Origin: Candidatus Poribacteria bacterium
Lineage (GTDB): Bacteria; Poribacteria; WGA-4E; WGA-3G
Assembly: GCA_965215265.1 (NCBI GenBank)
Contig: OZ244048.1
Coordinates: 832,001 to 896,000 of the forward strand
DNA: 64,000 nt
Reading direction: 5' to 3'
Each line of letters begins with the position of its first letter. Position 1 is the stretch's first letter. The position numbers and the translations under genes are program-made. This document shows positions 39,814 through 50,135 of the stretch, in pieces. The notes beneath the pieces were generated by a model. That model did no database searches. It worked only from the letters and a program-made list of their open reading frames with translations, and was not told where the DNA came from.

Positions 39814-40551
39814 TCAAACTGCCCAGCAGTGAATCAGGAGCGTGGGTTCCTTACCGGTCTGCCGCAGTGAAAAGGTATCATGTGGACTGAGGAAAATCAC
39901 ATCATGTGGTTGGAGTTTTGAAGTCTCTGAAATTAAAGTCACGTCGGCGCACCCATCTTTTAAAACATAAATCGATTCTCTGGCCAACGGTTCGTGGGTA
40001 AACTCGCCACCTATACCAAGTTGAATGTAATCTAATGACAAATGGACAGAACCTTTTTCGGGAGAGACGACACTCCGCCAAGAGGAAGCAGAACCTGAAT
40101 CCGGAAATTTTCCAAAAACCGGACCGCTTCGTGCCATATTAATCACTTGCACATTGCTCCGATGCCCCTGCTGCGGTGTCGGAATCTCATTCGGCGTATC
40201 CCGTTCACCCCGGTACAGTGCCATATCCGGAGGGGCTTGAAAACTGATTAACCGTGCCATCTGCTCTGTCGTGTTGACCGTGCCATGGATTTCACCTGCT
40301 GGCACAAAAATCACATCCTCTGCACTAATTGGCGTATAGACGTTTCCTTGCCGAATTGCGCCACCGCCTTCCAACACCACAATTGCATCTTCTGAAACAT
40401 CGTGATAGTGCTGTGTGAACTCTTGGCCAGGGGCGTGATGCCCATGGTTCAACGTCAACTGTTTAGAACCCATATCCGGGTGCACAACCCGCCAGTTTTT
40501 TCCTTTGCCCATTTGAAACGGCATTCCGCTCTGAAGATTCAGAATTTGCAT
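39814..40551 (-). CDS. Bicupin domain protein
   Basis: HYHDVSED and FVPAGEIHG in domain 1; second degenerate cupin. Confidence 0.8.
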   Translation of the reverse strand: MQILNLQSGMPFQMGKGKNWRVVHPDMGSKQLTLNHGHHAPGQEFTQHYHDVSEDAIVVLEGGGAIRQGNVYTPISAEDVIFVPAGEIHGTVNTTEQMARLISFQAPPDMALYRGERDTPNEIPTPQQGHRSNVQVINMARSGPVFGKFPDSGSASSWRSVVSPEKGSVHLSLDYIQLGIGGEFTHEPLARESIYVLKDGCADVTLISETSKLQPHDVIFLSPHDTFSLRQTGKEPTLLIHCWAV

Positions 40552-41255
40552 GTTTCATCCTTTTTGATTGCACCCCGGCTGTGGAAGCGCGATGCGAACT
40601 CAGCGACGCGATAAAACGATAAAACCGTATCCCCGTAACGTTCCTGCCGATAGCAGTCTAACGTCCCCACCGTCCCTGGAAGACAAGTCTGCCTTGAATG
40701 TTCGACAGCCAACGTACCGTTGGCGTGAAGCAATTCTGCCGATGCAAGTCGTGCTAAACATGCAGAATATAGCCCCGCGTTATACGGCGGATCGAAATAG
40801 ATAAATTCAAATCCAGTAGCAGGACTCGCCACCCATTGGGGAAGGGAAGTTCTCCCCGCAAACGGGGAGGAATCCCCTTTCCTTTTACCTGCCACCCACT
40901 GGGTTGTCTGAACCCGTCGGTTACCAAGTAAGATGAGTGCCTTTTCGATATCGCACTGCAGAAGTTTCACTTGTGAATGCTCACGAGTCAAGCTGCAAAC
41001 TTGAAGGTTGCGTTCAATAATGCGTGTACACCTACGATCGCTTTCAACAAACGTCACATGTTTAGCACCGCGGCTCAACGCCTCAATCCCGATGCTCCCC
41101 GTACCAGCACAAAGGTCGAGAAAGTGGGCTCCAACCATCTGTTCCCGGAAAATGCTAAAAATAGATTCTTTGACTCTATCGGCAGTTGGTCTCACCGTTC
41201 TGCCCTTCGGTGCGATTAAGTGCTTTCTTCTAAATTTACCTGCGATAACCCGCAT
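40539..41255 (-). CDS. rsmD: 16S rRNA m2G966 methyltransferase with ~27-aa in-frame insertion
   Basis: MRVIAG, RPTADRVKESIF, LDLCAGTGSIGIEALSRGA, DPPY, YGDT. Confidence 0.93.
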   Translation of the reverse strand: MRVIAGKFRRKHLIAPKGRTVRPTADRVKESIFSIFREQMVGAHFLDLCAGTGSIGIEALSRGAKHVTFVESDRRCTRIIERNLQVCSLTREHSQVKLLQCDIEKALILLGNRRVQTTQWVAGKRKGDSSPFAGRTSLPQWVASPATGFEFIYFDPPYNAGLYSACLARLASAELLHANGTLAVEHSRQTCLPGTVGTLDCYRQERYGDTVLSFYRVAEFASRFHSRGAIKKDETCKF

Positions 41256-41299
41256 GTTTTCACCATGATGCCCCCCTGCAGCTCACATTGTACAGGACA

Positions 41300-42622
41300 C
41301 TATAACGTGCGTGTCGGGAATAACTCTTCAATAACGGAACCGTCGTTCACGACCCGGATTGGCCGTCCGGAACGTGAGTAGTTTTCCTCATCACCGTTGA
41401 TGCCTAACGCGAAACAGAGCGATGCAAACAGATCTGGCACACCTACAGGTGCAGTCAAGACCTCTACACCCTCTTCGTTCGTGCTCCCGACAACCTGTCC
41501 ACCCCGAATGCCGCCGCCTGCAATAACCGCAGACCAGCCGTTTGTGTGATGGTCCCGTCCGTCGTTCATGTTAATGCGCGGTGTCCGTCCGAATTCACCC
41601 AGCCATAAAACGACAGTCTCGTCAAGCAGATGCCGTTCAGCTAAATCCTTAAGAAGCATTGCAAACGCCGGATCGACGACGCTCAGCAGTTCTTTAGTCC
41701 TATCAAAGTTGTTTTCGTGCGTATCCCATCCGTCCAGACTGACCTCCACAAAACTCACCCCAACTTCAATCAACCGGCGGGCCATCAGGCAGCCTTGTCC
41801 AAACTTGTTCATGCCGTACGCCTCACGGATAGCGATAGGTTCCTCGGTGAGTTGGAACGCACGGATGTTCGCCGAGTTTATCAACTCATCTGCCTTTTTA
41901 TAAATTGCTTCGTGGGCTTCTGTGCTACGTCCAGTACGCTTCGAGATGAAATCCTTCTCAATCGCGTTTAGCATCCGCAAACGTTCCCGAAACCGATGCG
42001 TATCCATCTGCGGTGGGTAACTGAGATCTTCAACCGGTTGCATCGGGTCATTCACCACAAACGGGTCGTGCGTAGCACCCAGGAAACCGCCAGAGTATGT
42101 CGGGGAATTGATATTAACACACTGAGGGAGATTAGAACCGCTATCCTCCAGGTAGTAAGAGGTCAGTGAGCCTAAAGTCGGGTGCCGCACCGCGCCGCCA
42201 GGCGCATAACCGGTGTGGAGCAGATACCGCGCACGTTCATGATTCCCTTCACGAGAAGACATCGAGCGAATGATAGCGTAATGATGCGCTTGCTCAGCAA
42301 CAAGCGGCAGATGTTCGGAAACTTGTATCCCTTCAACACTTGTCGGAATCGCTGCGAATGGACCGCCATTTTTGCTCCCTGGTTTTGGGTCAAACGTATC
42401 TAATTGGCTGGCACCGCCGCTCATAAAAAGTACGATGCAGTGTTTCGCCCGCCTCAGCGCCGCCTCAGGCTGCCCAGAAGCACTTGAACCGAAGTGTTGC
42501 ATCGCAACAAGACCAAGAAAACTGCTGAAACCTTTCTTGAAAAATACTCGACGTGAAATTTCTTTATGCCATAATTCCGGGGTATCATATTCAGGAATCC
42601 ACAATTCTGATTTCATCTTCAT
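41300..42622 (-). CDS. DUF1501 domain protein with Tat-like signal
   Basis: SRRVFFK, GGASQLDTFDPKP, GWDTH, GEFGRTP, GRDHH. Confidence 0.92.
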   Translation of the reverse strand: MKMKSELWIPEYDTPELWHKEISRRVFFKKGFSSFLGLVAMQHFGSSASGQPEAALRRAKHCIVLFMSGGASQLDTFDPKPGSKNGGPFAAIPTSVEGIQVSEHLPLVAEQAHHYAIIRSMSSREGNHERARYLLHTGYAPGGAVRHPTLGSLTSYYLEDSGSNLPQCVNINSPTYSGGFLGATHDPFVVNDPMQPVEDLSYPPQMDTHRFRERLRMLNAIEKDFISKRTGRSTEAHEAIYKKADELINSANIRAFQLTEEPIAIREAYGMNKFGQGCLMARRLIEVGVSFVEVSLDGWDTHENNFDRTKELLSVVDPAFAMLLKDLAERHLLDETVVLWLGEFGRTPRINMNDGRDHHTNGWSAVIAGGGIRGGQVVGSTNEEGVEVLTAPVGVPDLFASLCFALGINGDEENYSRSGRPIRVVNDGSVIEELFPTRTL

Positions 42623-42964
42623 CCTCCTTAAAACCTATACTACCAAATTATGTCGAGCATTGAGTTTTAAGGCATAACCTTAAAATATCACTTCCGTCTT
42701 GTTTTATGGTCTTCGCTTCTCAACAAAAGGGGCCAGCTTCCGTTTCCACTCCAGATGAAGAAGTGAAAAATAATAACGTTATTAAGTCGGGTAGGTGCAG
42801 TTTAGAACCATCCTGGATCCTTCATGCGGAACGGTATGGACCCATCAAATTAATTTGGTATCAGATAATATAATAACATATCTGTGTTTTAAAATCAATG
42901 TTTTGTCTGAATTAAAACAGCCTGCAGAAGCAAAGTTCACGCCTATATTCACGTGCGGTAAAAC

Positions 42965-43735
42965 TCAAATATTTGAATGTGACTGACATCCATCAACGTT
43001 GAGACACGCACCCGTGACAAGGCTTGCGCGCGCTGAGGCGAGGAACACCACGACATCGGCGATCTCCTCCGGTTTACCGAACCGCCCCAACGGCATATCG
43101 CTTTTTACAAACGCAGCCATCGCCTCCGGATCTGCCGCCATCCGCCGCGCCCAACCTCCACCGGGAAAGAGGATAGAACCAGGGGCGATGCTATTCACCC
43201 GAATATTGTCTGGTGCCAACTCCTTAGCAAGCGATTTCGCCATGCTAATTTCAGCAGCTTTCGCAGCGTTATAGGTAATATGACCGCCACCTTCGCGCCC
43301 ATAGATTGACGCTATCATCAAAATCACACCGCTCCCCTGTCTCTGCATCACAGGGATCGCATGTTGGTTTATCCGTGCCGCCGAAACGAGATTCAAATCA
43401 AGCACTTCATGCCACTCCGTATCTGAAATCTCTGCCAAGGCTGTCTTGCGGCTGCCACCAACATTATTAACGACCACATCCAGGCCGCCATATTTTTCGA
43501 TTGTCTCTGCCATAAAGGTGCTAACTTCTGAGTTGTCTGTCACATCTGCCGGCTTCGCGAACACTTCAGCACCTTTTTCTGTCAGTTCAGTCGTTACCTT
43601 TTCGAGTGTCTCGGGGGTTCTACCGCATATACTGAGCCGTGCTCCCTCATCAGCAAATCCGTGTGCAATTGCACGCCCGATACCGCGACTGGCACCTGTC
43701 ACAACCACGACTTTATCCCTCAATCCTAAGTTCAT
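42965..43735 (-). CDS. Short-chain dehydrogenase/reductase
   Basis: TGASRGIG, NNVG, YNAAK. Confidence 0.93.
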   Translation of the reverse strand: MNLGLRDKVVVVTGASRGIGRAIAHGFADEGARLSICGRTPETLEKVTTELTEKGAEVFAKPADVTDNSEVSTFMAETIEKYGGLDVVVNNVGGSRKTALAEISDTEWHEVLDLNLVSAARINQHAIPVMQRQGSGVILMIASIYGREGGGHITYNAAKAAEISMAKSLAKELAPDNIRVNSIAPGSILFPGGGWARRMAADPEAMAAFVKSDMPLGRFGKPEEIADVVVFLASARASLVTGACLNVDGCQSHSNI

Positions 43736-43883
43736 GCTCTTCCTCTTTTCAACGATTTTCTTCGCCGGAATCATGTCTTCCGGCTTACAGATAAACTACT
43801 CTATATTATAACACACACCCATCCAAAATTCCAACGCTAAATTTCATATTGAGACTTCATCCGAATTCTGCTATCATATAAAC

Positions 43884-43997
43884 ATGCGAAAACTGAACAT
43901 GAGAACCGATAATAGAGCCATCTCGGAATACTACGCCACGCTGCAGCAATACACTATCCTTGAGGCAACTTACGAAGGTGCGGTTAGTAGACAATAG
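43884..43997 (+). pseudogene. 37-codon ORF resembling the N-terminus of type ISP / N-6 methylase RM enzymes (truncated relic)
   Basis: MRKLNMRTDNRAISEYYATLQQYTILEATYEGAVSRQ*; preceded by TTGAGA-N17-TATCAT; family resemblance recalled from memory. Confidence 0.5.
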
Positions 43998-44100
43998 CAC
44001 ATCCTACGGTATTGTGGGATTAATCGGATAGGTTGTGTCGGTGAGTATGGAAACAGGACATCTCATTGATAATTTGCCGGAATTAAAATAGAAAATAGAC

Positions 44101-44129
44101 TTGACAATCCGCACCAGCTGTGGTAAAAT
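44101..44129 (+). promoter_or_regulatory. sigma70-type promoter
   Basis: TTGACA-N17-TAAAAT with TGn extension. Confidence 0.7.
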
Positions 44130-44215
44130 ATACTAAAGTTGATACAGTATACAACTAAAAAGTGTGTTAATTGCCAGCATAAAAACAGATAAAACAACAA
44201 GGGGGAAAACAACCG

Positions 44216-44674
44216 ATGGCGTACTATATCACCGATGAATGTATCGGATGTATGGCGTGCCTCACCAATTGTCCGGTTGATGCGATTACCGGTGACCGGA
44301 ATATGTTGCACATTATCGATCCAGACATCTGTATCGATTGTAGCGCGTGCGGGATGGTCTGTCCAGTTGAGGCAATCCGCGACCAGTTCGGGGAAGTCTG
44401 TAAATTCATCCGTCGCCCGACCCATCGCCCGATCGCAGTCATCTATGAAGAGCTCTGCTCCGGATGCGATTTCTGCGTCCATATCTGTCCATGGGACTGC
44501 CTTGAACTCAAGGATCCAGAAACCGGTGAACATGCCGAAAGTTTCTTTGGGATTTGCGAACTGGTCAAACCCAAGGATTGTGTCGGATGTAAATTGTGCG
44601 AAGAGGTCTGTATCAAAGATGCCATTCGCATTGAATCCCCGGTCTTGATAGAACTTGAAGACGCGGCAGGGTAA
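44216..44674 (+). CDS. Polyferredoxin, 4x[4Fe-4S]
   Basis: Four CxxCxxCxxxC motifs. Confidence 0.93.
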   Translation: MAYYITDECIGCMACLTNCPVDAITGDRNMLHIIDPDICIDCSACGMVCPVEAIRDQFGEVCKFIRRPTHRPIAVIYEELCSGCDFCVHICPWDCLELKDPETGEHAESFFGICELVKPKDCVGCKLCEEVCIKDAIRIESPVLIELEDAAG

Positions 44675-44699
44675 CGTGTGAGAGGAGGAAAGGTGCTGA

Positions 44700-45344
44700 G
44701 TGGCGCACACACGTTTCTATAATCCCAGTTTAGTCGTCGTTATCTCCGGCCCCTCTGGCTCAGGGAAAAGCACCGTGATTGACGCGCTTTGCAAAACCGA
44801 TCCAACCCTCAGGTTCGCAGTTTCCGCAACGACTCGAAAGCCGCGCCCCGACGAAGTCGAAGGCACCGATTATCATTTTCTCTCAAAAACAGAATTTAAG
44901 CAGCGGATCCAGCAAGGCGAATTCCTCGAATGGGCAGAATACGGCGGCAATCTCTACGGAACCCCCAAAACTGAAATCGCAGCCGCACACAATGCCGGAC
45001 AAGACACTGTTTTAGAAATTGAGATTAAAGGTGCGTTACAAATCCGGGCACAAAACCTCGCACCAGCACGCAGTCTGCTGCTCTTCATTTTACCACCATC
45101 CTTTGCCGTGCTAGAGAAACGACTCCGCCGAAGAAACACAGAATCTGAGACTGAACTCGCGCGACGTTTGAACATAGCAAAATCTGAACTCACCCAAATA
45201 CAACATTACGATTACTGTATCATCAATCCCGACAGCGGCGTAGCGGAGGCAGTGCAGCAAATACAAACTGTTATCACTGCAGAGCGCAGTCGCATCGATA
45301 CAGAACTAACCAAAATCGTCATCCAAAAGTTCGGCATTACCTGA
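44700..45344 (+). CDS. gmk: Guanylate kinase
   Basis: SGPSGSGKST, SATTRKPR, DYHF, YGT. Confidence 0.95.
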   Translation: MAHTRFYNPSLVVVISGPSGSGKSTVIDALCKTDPTLRFAVSATTRKPRPDEVEGTDYHFLSKTEFKQRIQQGEFLEWAEYGGNLYGTPKTEIAAAHNAGQDTVLEIEIKGALQIRAQNLAPARSLLLFILPPSFAVLEKRLRRRNTESETELARRLNIAKSELTQIQHYDYCIINPDSGVAEAVQQIQTVITAERSRIDTELTKIVIQKFGIT

Positions 45345-45568
45345 TAAGAGACCAAAGAAAAGGGTTGTAGTAGCGGACTCTATCGCCCGGACTTGTCAGA
45401 ACAATCTCCGGAGCAAGATTCCCCTTAGACGAAAAGTGTACCGTTACTATGACACCATCTTATTTAACGAATACATCAAATGAAATTAGATAGGATTGTC
45501 AAGGATTTGCATCCATACTAAAATTTCTGGGAAATTGAAAGATTACTCACCGGTCATCATAGGAAAAA

Positions 45569-46345
45569 ATGAATTATCCGCCCTCTGAATTTCTCAAAAC
45601 TGATTTTGGACATCAAGAATACGATCGGTGGTGTCTAAAGCATGCAAGACACCATTTCTTCGAGTCACCGGAATTTGTAAAAGAGCACTTCCATTTCTAT
45701 GAGAAGGTGTTAGGGCTATCTAAAGATGACAAGATATTGGATGCAGGTTGCGGAATTGGAAGTTATTCGCGTGAATTTGCACGGCGTGGTTATCACGTTG
45801 TCGGCATGGACATGTCGTTCAACTTCCTTTCTGAAGCGGAAAGAATCACGCAGCGCGAAAATTTAGAAATTGAATTTGTTTTGGGGGACTATAATGAACT
45901 GCACTTTGAAGAAATGTTTTCTGTTATTTTCTTTGAGGGGTCATTTTTCTATCCATCCAAGGAACGTTTGATGTCGCTCTTAAACCGACTCTATAAAGCC
46001 CTTACGCTTAATGGCAGGCTTTATTTTGTGCATCCAAATCAATTAATCAGAGAAAAGCAATTTCCGATGGTTAATTGGAGCGAAATTGAGAAAAACGTAT
46101 TTGTGCTACAAAGGGGGGAGTACAACAAAGATGATGGCCTGGAGAGGCACGTTTGGCTAAAAATAGATCTAAAGACGCATAAACATTACAAGTGCCGGTT
46201 TGTTCTTAAGCATCTCTCGCCTGATGAACTCAAAAACTGTTTTGTAGAGGCAGAATTTGCCGATTTCCATTTCTATAGAAAACGTCAGATAGAAGCCTTC
46301 CACCCAGGGAATGATGATGGGTTTTCCGTAGTGGCGCAAAAGTGA
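45569..46345 (+). CDS. Class I SAM-dependent methyltransferase
   Basis: ILDAGCGIG, VVGMDMS; visibly AT-richer than its flanks. Confidence 0.88.
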   Translation: MNYPPSEFLKTDFGHQEYDRWCLKHARHHFFESPEFVKEHFHFYEKVLGLSKDDKILDAGCGIGSYSREFARRGYHVVGMDMSFNFLSEAERITQRENLEIEFVLGDYNELHFEEMFSVIFFEGSFFYPSKERLMSLLNRLYKALTLNGRLYFVHPNQLIREKQFPMVNWSEIEKNVFVLQRGEYNKDDGLERHVWLKIDLKTHKHYKCRFVLKHLSPDELKNCFVEAEFADFHFYRKRQIEAFHPGNDDGFSVVAQK

Positions 46346-46466
46346 TAGCAATAGTCTACAAAATTGAAACGTTTTTAATTTGATTTTTCGTTGATTATAT
46401 TGTATAACTTTATGACAGTGCTAAGTTCACGTTGTGAAACCCGTATTTGAGCCTTACGACTAAAAA

Positions 46467-47729
46467 ATGGAATTCAGAAACCGTACCATTATCCTTGGAG
46501 TTACCGGCGGTATAGCTATTCATAAATCGCTGGATCTGGCAAGCCAGTGGGTTAAGCAAGGCGCGTCTGTTCATACCGTAATGACAGAAAACGCCACGCG
46601 CCTCATACAACCCCTGCAATTCCAGGTTATCTCCCGGAATCCGGTGCTATGCAATTTATTTGACGCAAGCACAGACTGGAAACCACCGCACATAGACCTC
46701 GCAGATCGCGCATCTCTGCTCGCAATTGTACCGGCAACCGCGAACATCATCGGTAAATTGGCAAACGGTATCGCCGATGACGCACTCTCTACCGTTGCTG
46801 TATCGGTTCACTGTCCGATCCTCCTTGCACCTGCCATGAACGGCTATATGTATTACAACCCGCTCGTACAGCGGAACATTGAGACGTTGAAAGCGTATGG
46901 TATTCACTTTGTTGAACCTGCCAAGGGCGAGTTAGCGTGTGGCTACAAAGGCACAGGACGTTTGAATACTGTAGAGGAGATCCTCCAACGCGCCGCAGAT
47001 ATCCTCTCCATCAAGCATCACACAGATATGGAAATTCCGGACGCTGAAACTGTGGTGTTGCCGTCTGACAAAGTCCGTGATTTGCAAGATGCAAGGGTTC
47101 TCGTCACTGCCGGCGCAACGCGCGAGTACATTGACCCGGTCCGCTTTATTACCAACCGTTCCAGCGGAAAAATGGGATACGCTATTGCTGAAGTAGCGAG
47201 AGCCCGAGGCGCAGATGTTCTCCTTATTCATGGACACGCCACGGTTTCTCCGCCCTCCGGCATCAAGACCCGGCACGTCAGCACAACGCTGGAGATGCAC
47301 GAGGCGGTGCTGCACGCTTTCGACGACGTTGATATTGTCATCATGGCAGCCGCGCCTGCCGATTATCGTCCACGCCAACTTGCCGAACATAAAATCAAGA
47401 AGACCTCCGCGCCTTTATCACTTACATTGGAAAGGAATCCAGACATCGCTGAAGCACTCGGTAAACGGAAAATAGACCAAATTCTCGTCTGCTTCGCGGC
47501 AGAGACGCAGGAGCTCCTCGCCAACGCAAAAAAGAAACTCATTCGCAAAAACTGTGAGCTCGTGGTGGCGAACGATATTCTTGCCGAAGGTGCCGGTTTT
47601 GAAACAGATACTAACATTGTGACATTACTAACTCCGGATGGCACGTGCGAACAACTTCCGCGCTGCGCTAAACGAGACGTGGCGGATGCAATCTTAAATC
47701 GCGTAGTTTCCCTAAGAAAAAATAGATAA
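46467..47729 (+). CDS. coaBC: Bifunctional PPC decarboxylase / PPC synthetase
   Basis: [41 protein letters not shown]. Confidence 0.96.
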   Translation: MEFRNRTIILGVTGGIAIHKSLDLASQWVKQGASVHTVMTENATRLIQPLQFQVISRNPVLCNLFDASTDWKPPHIDLADRASLLAIVPATANIIGKLANGIADDALSTVAVSVHCPILLAPAMNGYMYYNPLVQRNIETLKAYGIHFVEPAKGELACGYKGTGRLNTVEEILQRAADILSIKHHTDMEIPDAETVVLPSDKVRDLQDARVLVTAGATREYIDPVRFITNRSSGKMGYAIAEVARARGADVLLIHGHATVSPPSGIKTRHVSTTLEMHEAVLHAFDDVDIVIMAAAPADYRPRQLAEHKIKKTSAPLSLTLERNPDIAEALGKRKIDQILVCFAAETQELLANAKKKLIRKNCELVVANDILAEGAGFETDTNIVTLLTPDGTCEQLPRCAKRDVADAILNRVVSLRKNR

Positions 47730-47762
47730 TAGCGAAGCCTTATCGTTTTTATAGACAAAAAC

Positions 47763-48599
47763 ATGACACTCCAGCAACAGGTACGCGACTTTTTCACCGT
47801 AAACCGCATCCATCCTAAAAAACAATTGGGGCAACACTTCTTGATTAATCCGGATGTCCTCACACGCATCCCGGAAACTGCGGAGCTCATAGATACCGAT
47901 GTTGTGATAGAAATCGGTGCCGGCCTGGGCTGCCTCACCGCTGTGCTTCTGAATCGTGCGAAGCAGGTAATCGCTATTGAAGTCGACGCGCTATTATATG
48001 CAGCATTAGCTGCTCAATTTGAAAACGAATCGGTCATCCAGCTTCTACACGCCGACATTCTCAAACTGGAGTTCGATTCGCTGTTAGCTGCACACAACAG
48101 AACCAAGGTTATCGCCAACCTACCCTACAATATTACCACACCTATTCTGTGGAAATTATTAGCACATCACAAGCAGCTGAGTCAGTGCGTGCTAATGATG
48201 CAAAAGGAAGTAGCCGAACGGATAGTCGCTCCACCTGGGGGTAAGGCGTACGGTGCCTTAACGATTGGGACAAGTTATTACGCCGAGGCAGTGTTAGTAG
48301 ACATTCTATCACCCAATAACTTTTATCCGCCCCCTAAAGTCGATTCAGCTCTCTTAAAACTAACAATGCGCGAGAAACCCAAGGTTGAAGTACACAACGA
48401 GGAATTTTTCTTTAAGGTAGTCCGTACCGCGTTTCGGATGCGCCGGAAAATGTTAAAAAATGCATTGATGAGAGGGCACTTCGCATCCGCGGAGGCGTTA
48501 AGTGCCGCTTTTGAAGCACTCAATATAGAACCGCAGCGGCGTGCAGAGACATTACACATTACCGAATTCGCAGCACTCGCGAATCTGTTAGCGCGATAA
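47763..48599 (+). CDS. rsmA: 16S rRNA adenine dimethyltransferase
   Basis: LGQHFL, EIGAGLG, ANLPYNIT, QKEVAER, PPPKVDS. Confidence 0.96.
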   Translation: MTLQQQVRDFFTVNRIHPKKQLGQHFLINPDVLTRIPETAELIDTDVVIEIGAGLGCLTAVLLNRAKQVIAIEVDALLYAALAAQFENESVIQLLHADILKLEFDSLLAAHNRTKVIANLPYNITTPILWKLLAHHKQLSQCVLMMQKEVAERIVAPPGGKAYGALTIGTSYYAEAVLVDILSPNNFYPPPKVDSALLKLTMREKPKVEVHNEEFFFKVVRTAFRMRRKMLKNALMRGHFASAEALSAAFEALNIEPQRRAETLHITEFAALANLLAR

Positions 48600-48742
48600 T
48601 TGCTGGACGATACCAGATGACAAGGATTTGTGTTATTTTTAATTTGACTTTTTTTCAATAAATGTTATATTAAAAAAGAGTGTTTTATGAGAAATCTCCA
48701 TAGCGCATTAGTTTTCCGCAGCGTGCAACAATTTTTATTTTT

Positions 48743-48769
48743 TGAAACCGAATGGAGACAGTTTGCGTT
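48743..48769 (+). promoter_or_regulatory. Candidate ECF-sigma autoregulatory promoter
   Basis: TGAAAC-N17-CGTT about 50 bp upstream of the ECF gene. Confidence 0.45.
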
Positions 48770-48819
48770 ACAAATATAGTCGACTGAAAGAATCCTTATG
48801 AATAAAGGAGCAGATCGTT

Positions 48820-49428
48820 ATGGCGCGCCAGACATCTAGTGATTTATCCGCCGCTGAAGATACCCATCTCGCTGCACAAGCCAAACAAGGTAATGAAGTC
48901 GCGTTTAATCAATTATTTGATAAGCACTATAACTGGGTTTATAGCAAAGCTTACCGGATGCTCGGGAACCGCGAAGATACCGAGGAGGTAGTCATGGATA
49001 TATTCCTCAAGGTTTGGCAGAAGCTAGACAAGTGGGATACAAAGCAAGGAAGTTTCCAGACATGGCTTAATACTGTCGCTCGCAACACTATTATTGATGC
49101 AATACGTAAGCGAGACCGGATTCCAAAACCTGTCATCGGTTCGAATGAAGACGAACTTCCACTGAACGATTACGAGGATACACGCCCAGGGCCAGATCGG
49201 CAGCTTGTAGCACAAGAGGCACAAGATATTTTAGAGAATGCCCTGCTACAAGTGACTAAACCGAATCATCGGATTGCGTGGATGTTACGACACCTTGAAG
49301 GGTACAGTATTGCGGAGATTGCCAGGATTCTTAATCGGAAAGAAGGAACTGTCAAAATTTGGATTTTCCGTTGCACCAATGAATTACGGCAAATTCTGAT
49401 TAACAAAGGAATTCAATGGATATATTAA
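48820..49428 (+). CDS. ECF RNA polymerase sigma factor
   Basis: Region 2 EDTEEVVMDIFLKVW...FQTWLNTVARN; region 4 EGYSIAEIA...GTVK. Confidence 0.93.
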   Translation: MARQTSSDLSAAEDTHLAAQAKQGNEVAFNQLFDKHYNWVYSKAYRMLGNREDTEEVVMDIFLKVWQKLDKWDTKQGSFQTWLNTVARNTIIDAIRKRDRIPKPVIGSNEDELPLNDYEDTRPGPDRQLVAQEAQDILENALLQVTKPNHRIAWMLRHLEGYSIAEIARILNRKEGTVKIWIFRCTNELRQILINKGIQWIY

Positions 49429-49442
49429 TTGGAGGATTACCT

Positions 49443-50117
49443 ATGCGCTTTTGGAAACGATTTATCTCTAATTCCGTGCCTGCAGATGAATCGAAAAAGG
49501 CAGCTATGTTGGAAGCATATACGTGCTGGCTGAAAAACGAAAAGTTATCACGTAAACAAAAACGGCTCCTGAAGGAACTTCCTAACGCCACAGATATTCA
49601 GGCATTGAAACAGCTGGTTGACTTCACTCACTATCGATTTGAGGAGAGAGCCAGCATTAAGCCGAGTCCAGGGGCGAAGGAGCGTGCACGCGCACATCTC
49701 ATGAACAAAATCCGAGGTGAAACCGCGCAGCCTGACCTCACGCCAATAGATGGGTTGAATGTACAACCCAGTTATAGCCCACAAGCTATCGGTAATGAAA
49801 CTACAGATGTACTGCCTATGGCAACCTCTGTACCCAACGAGGATGAACTCAGACGCTGGAACAGTGAGCAACCGTTTGACTTAAACGATCAGGACGAATC
49901 TTCTATGCTGCCACCATACGACACGATTCGCACTTTGTCCCGGTTGCATCTCCGTTTTGAGTTAAAGGATGATGACGTGTACCTCGCGGATTTAGGCAGC
50001 TCCAACGCACCGTACTTGGACGGTGAGCCTGTCGAAAACAGCACAATTATTGACGAAAATGCAACCGTTCAGTGTGGCAAAATTACCTTGAAGATTGTGA
50101 ATATTGATCGTTCATAG
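49443..50117 (+). CDS. Protein with C-terminal FHA-like domain (anti-sigma position)
   Basis: LSRLH...LADLGSSNAPYLDG; GGAGG RBS. Confidence 0.7.
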   Translation: MRFWKRFISNSVPADESKKAAMLEAYTCWLKNEKLSRKQKRLLKELPNATDIQALKQLVDFTHYRFEERASIKPSPGAKERARAHLMNKIRGETAQPDLTPIDGLNVQPSYSPQAIGNETTDVLPMATSVPNEDELRRWNSEQPFDLNDQDESSMLPPYDTIRTLSRLHLRFELKDDDVYLADLGSSNAPYLDGEPVENSTIIDENATVQCGKITLKIVNIDRS

Positions 50118-50135
50118 CTAAGACTAAGAAGACTC

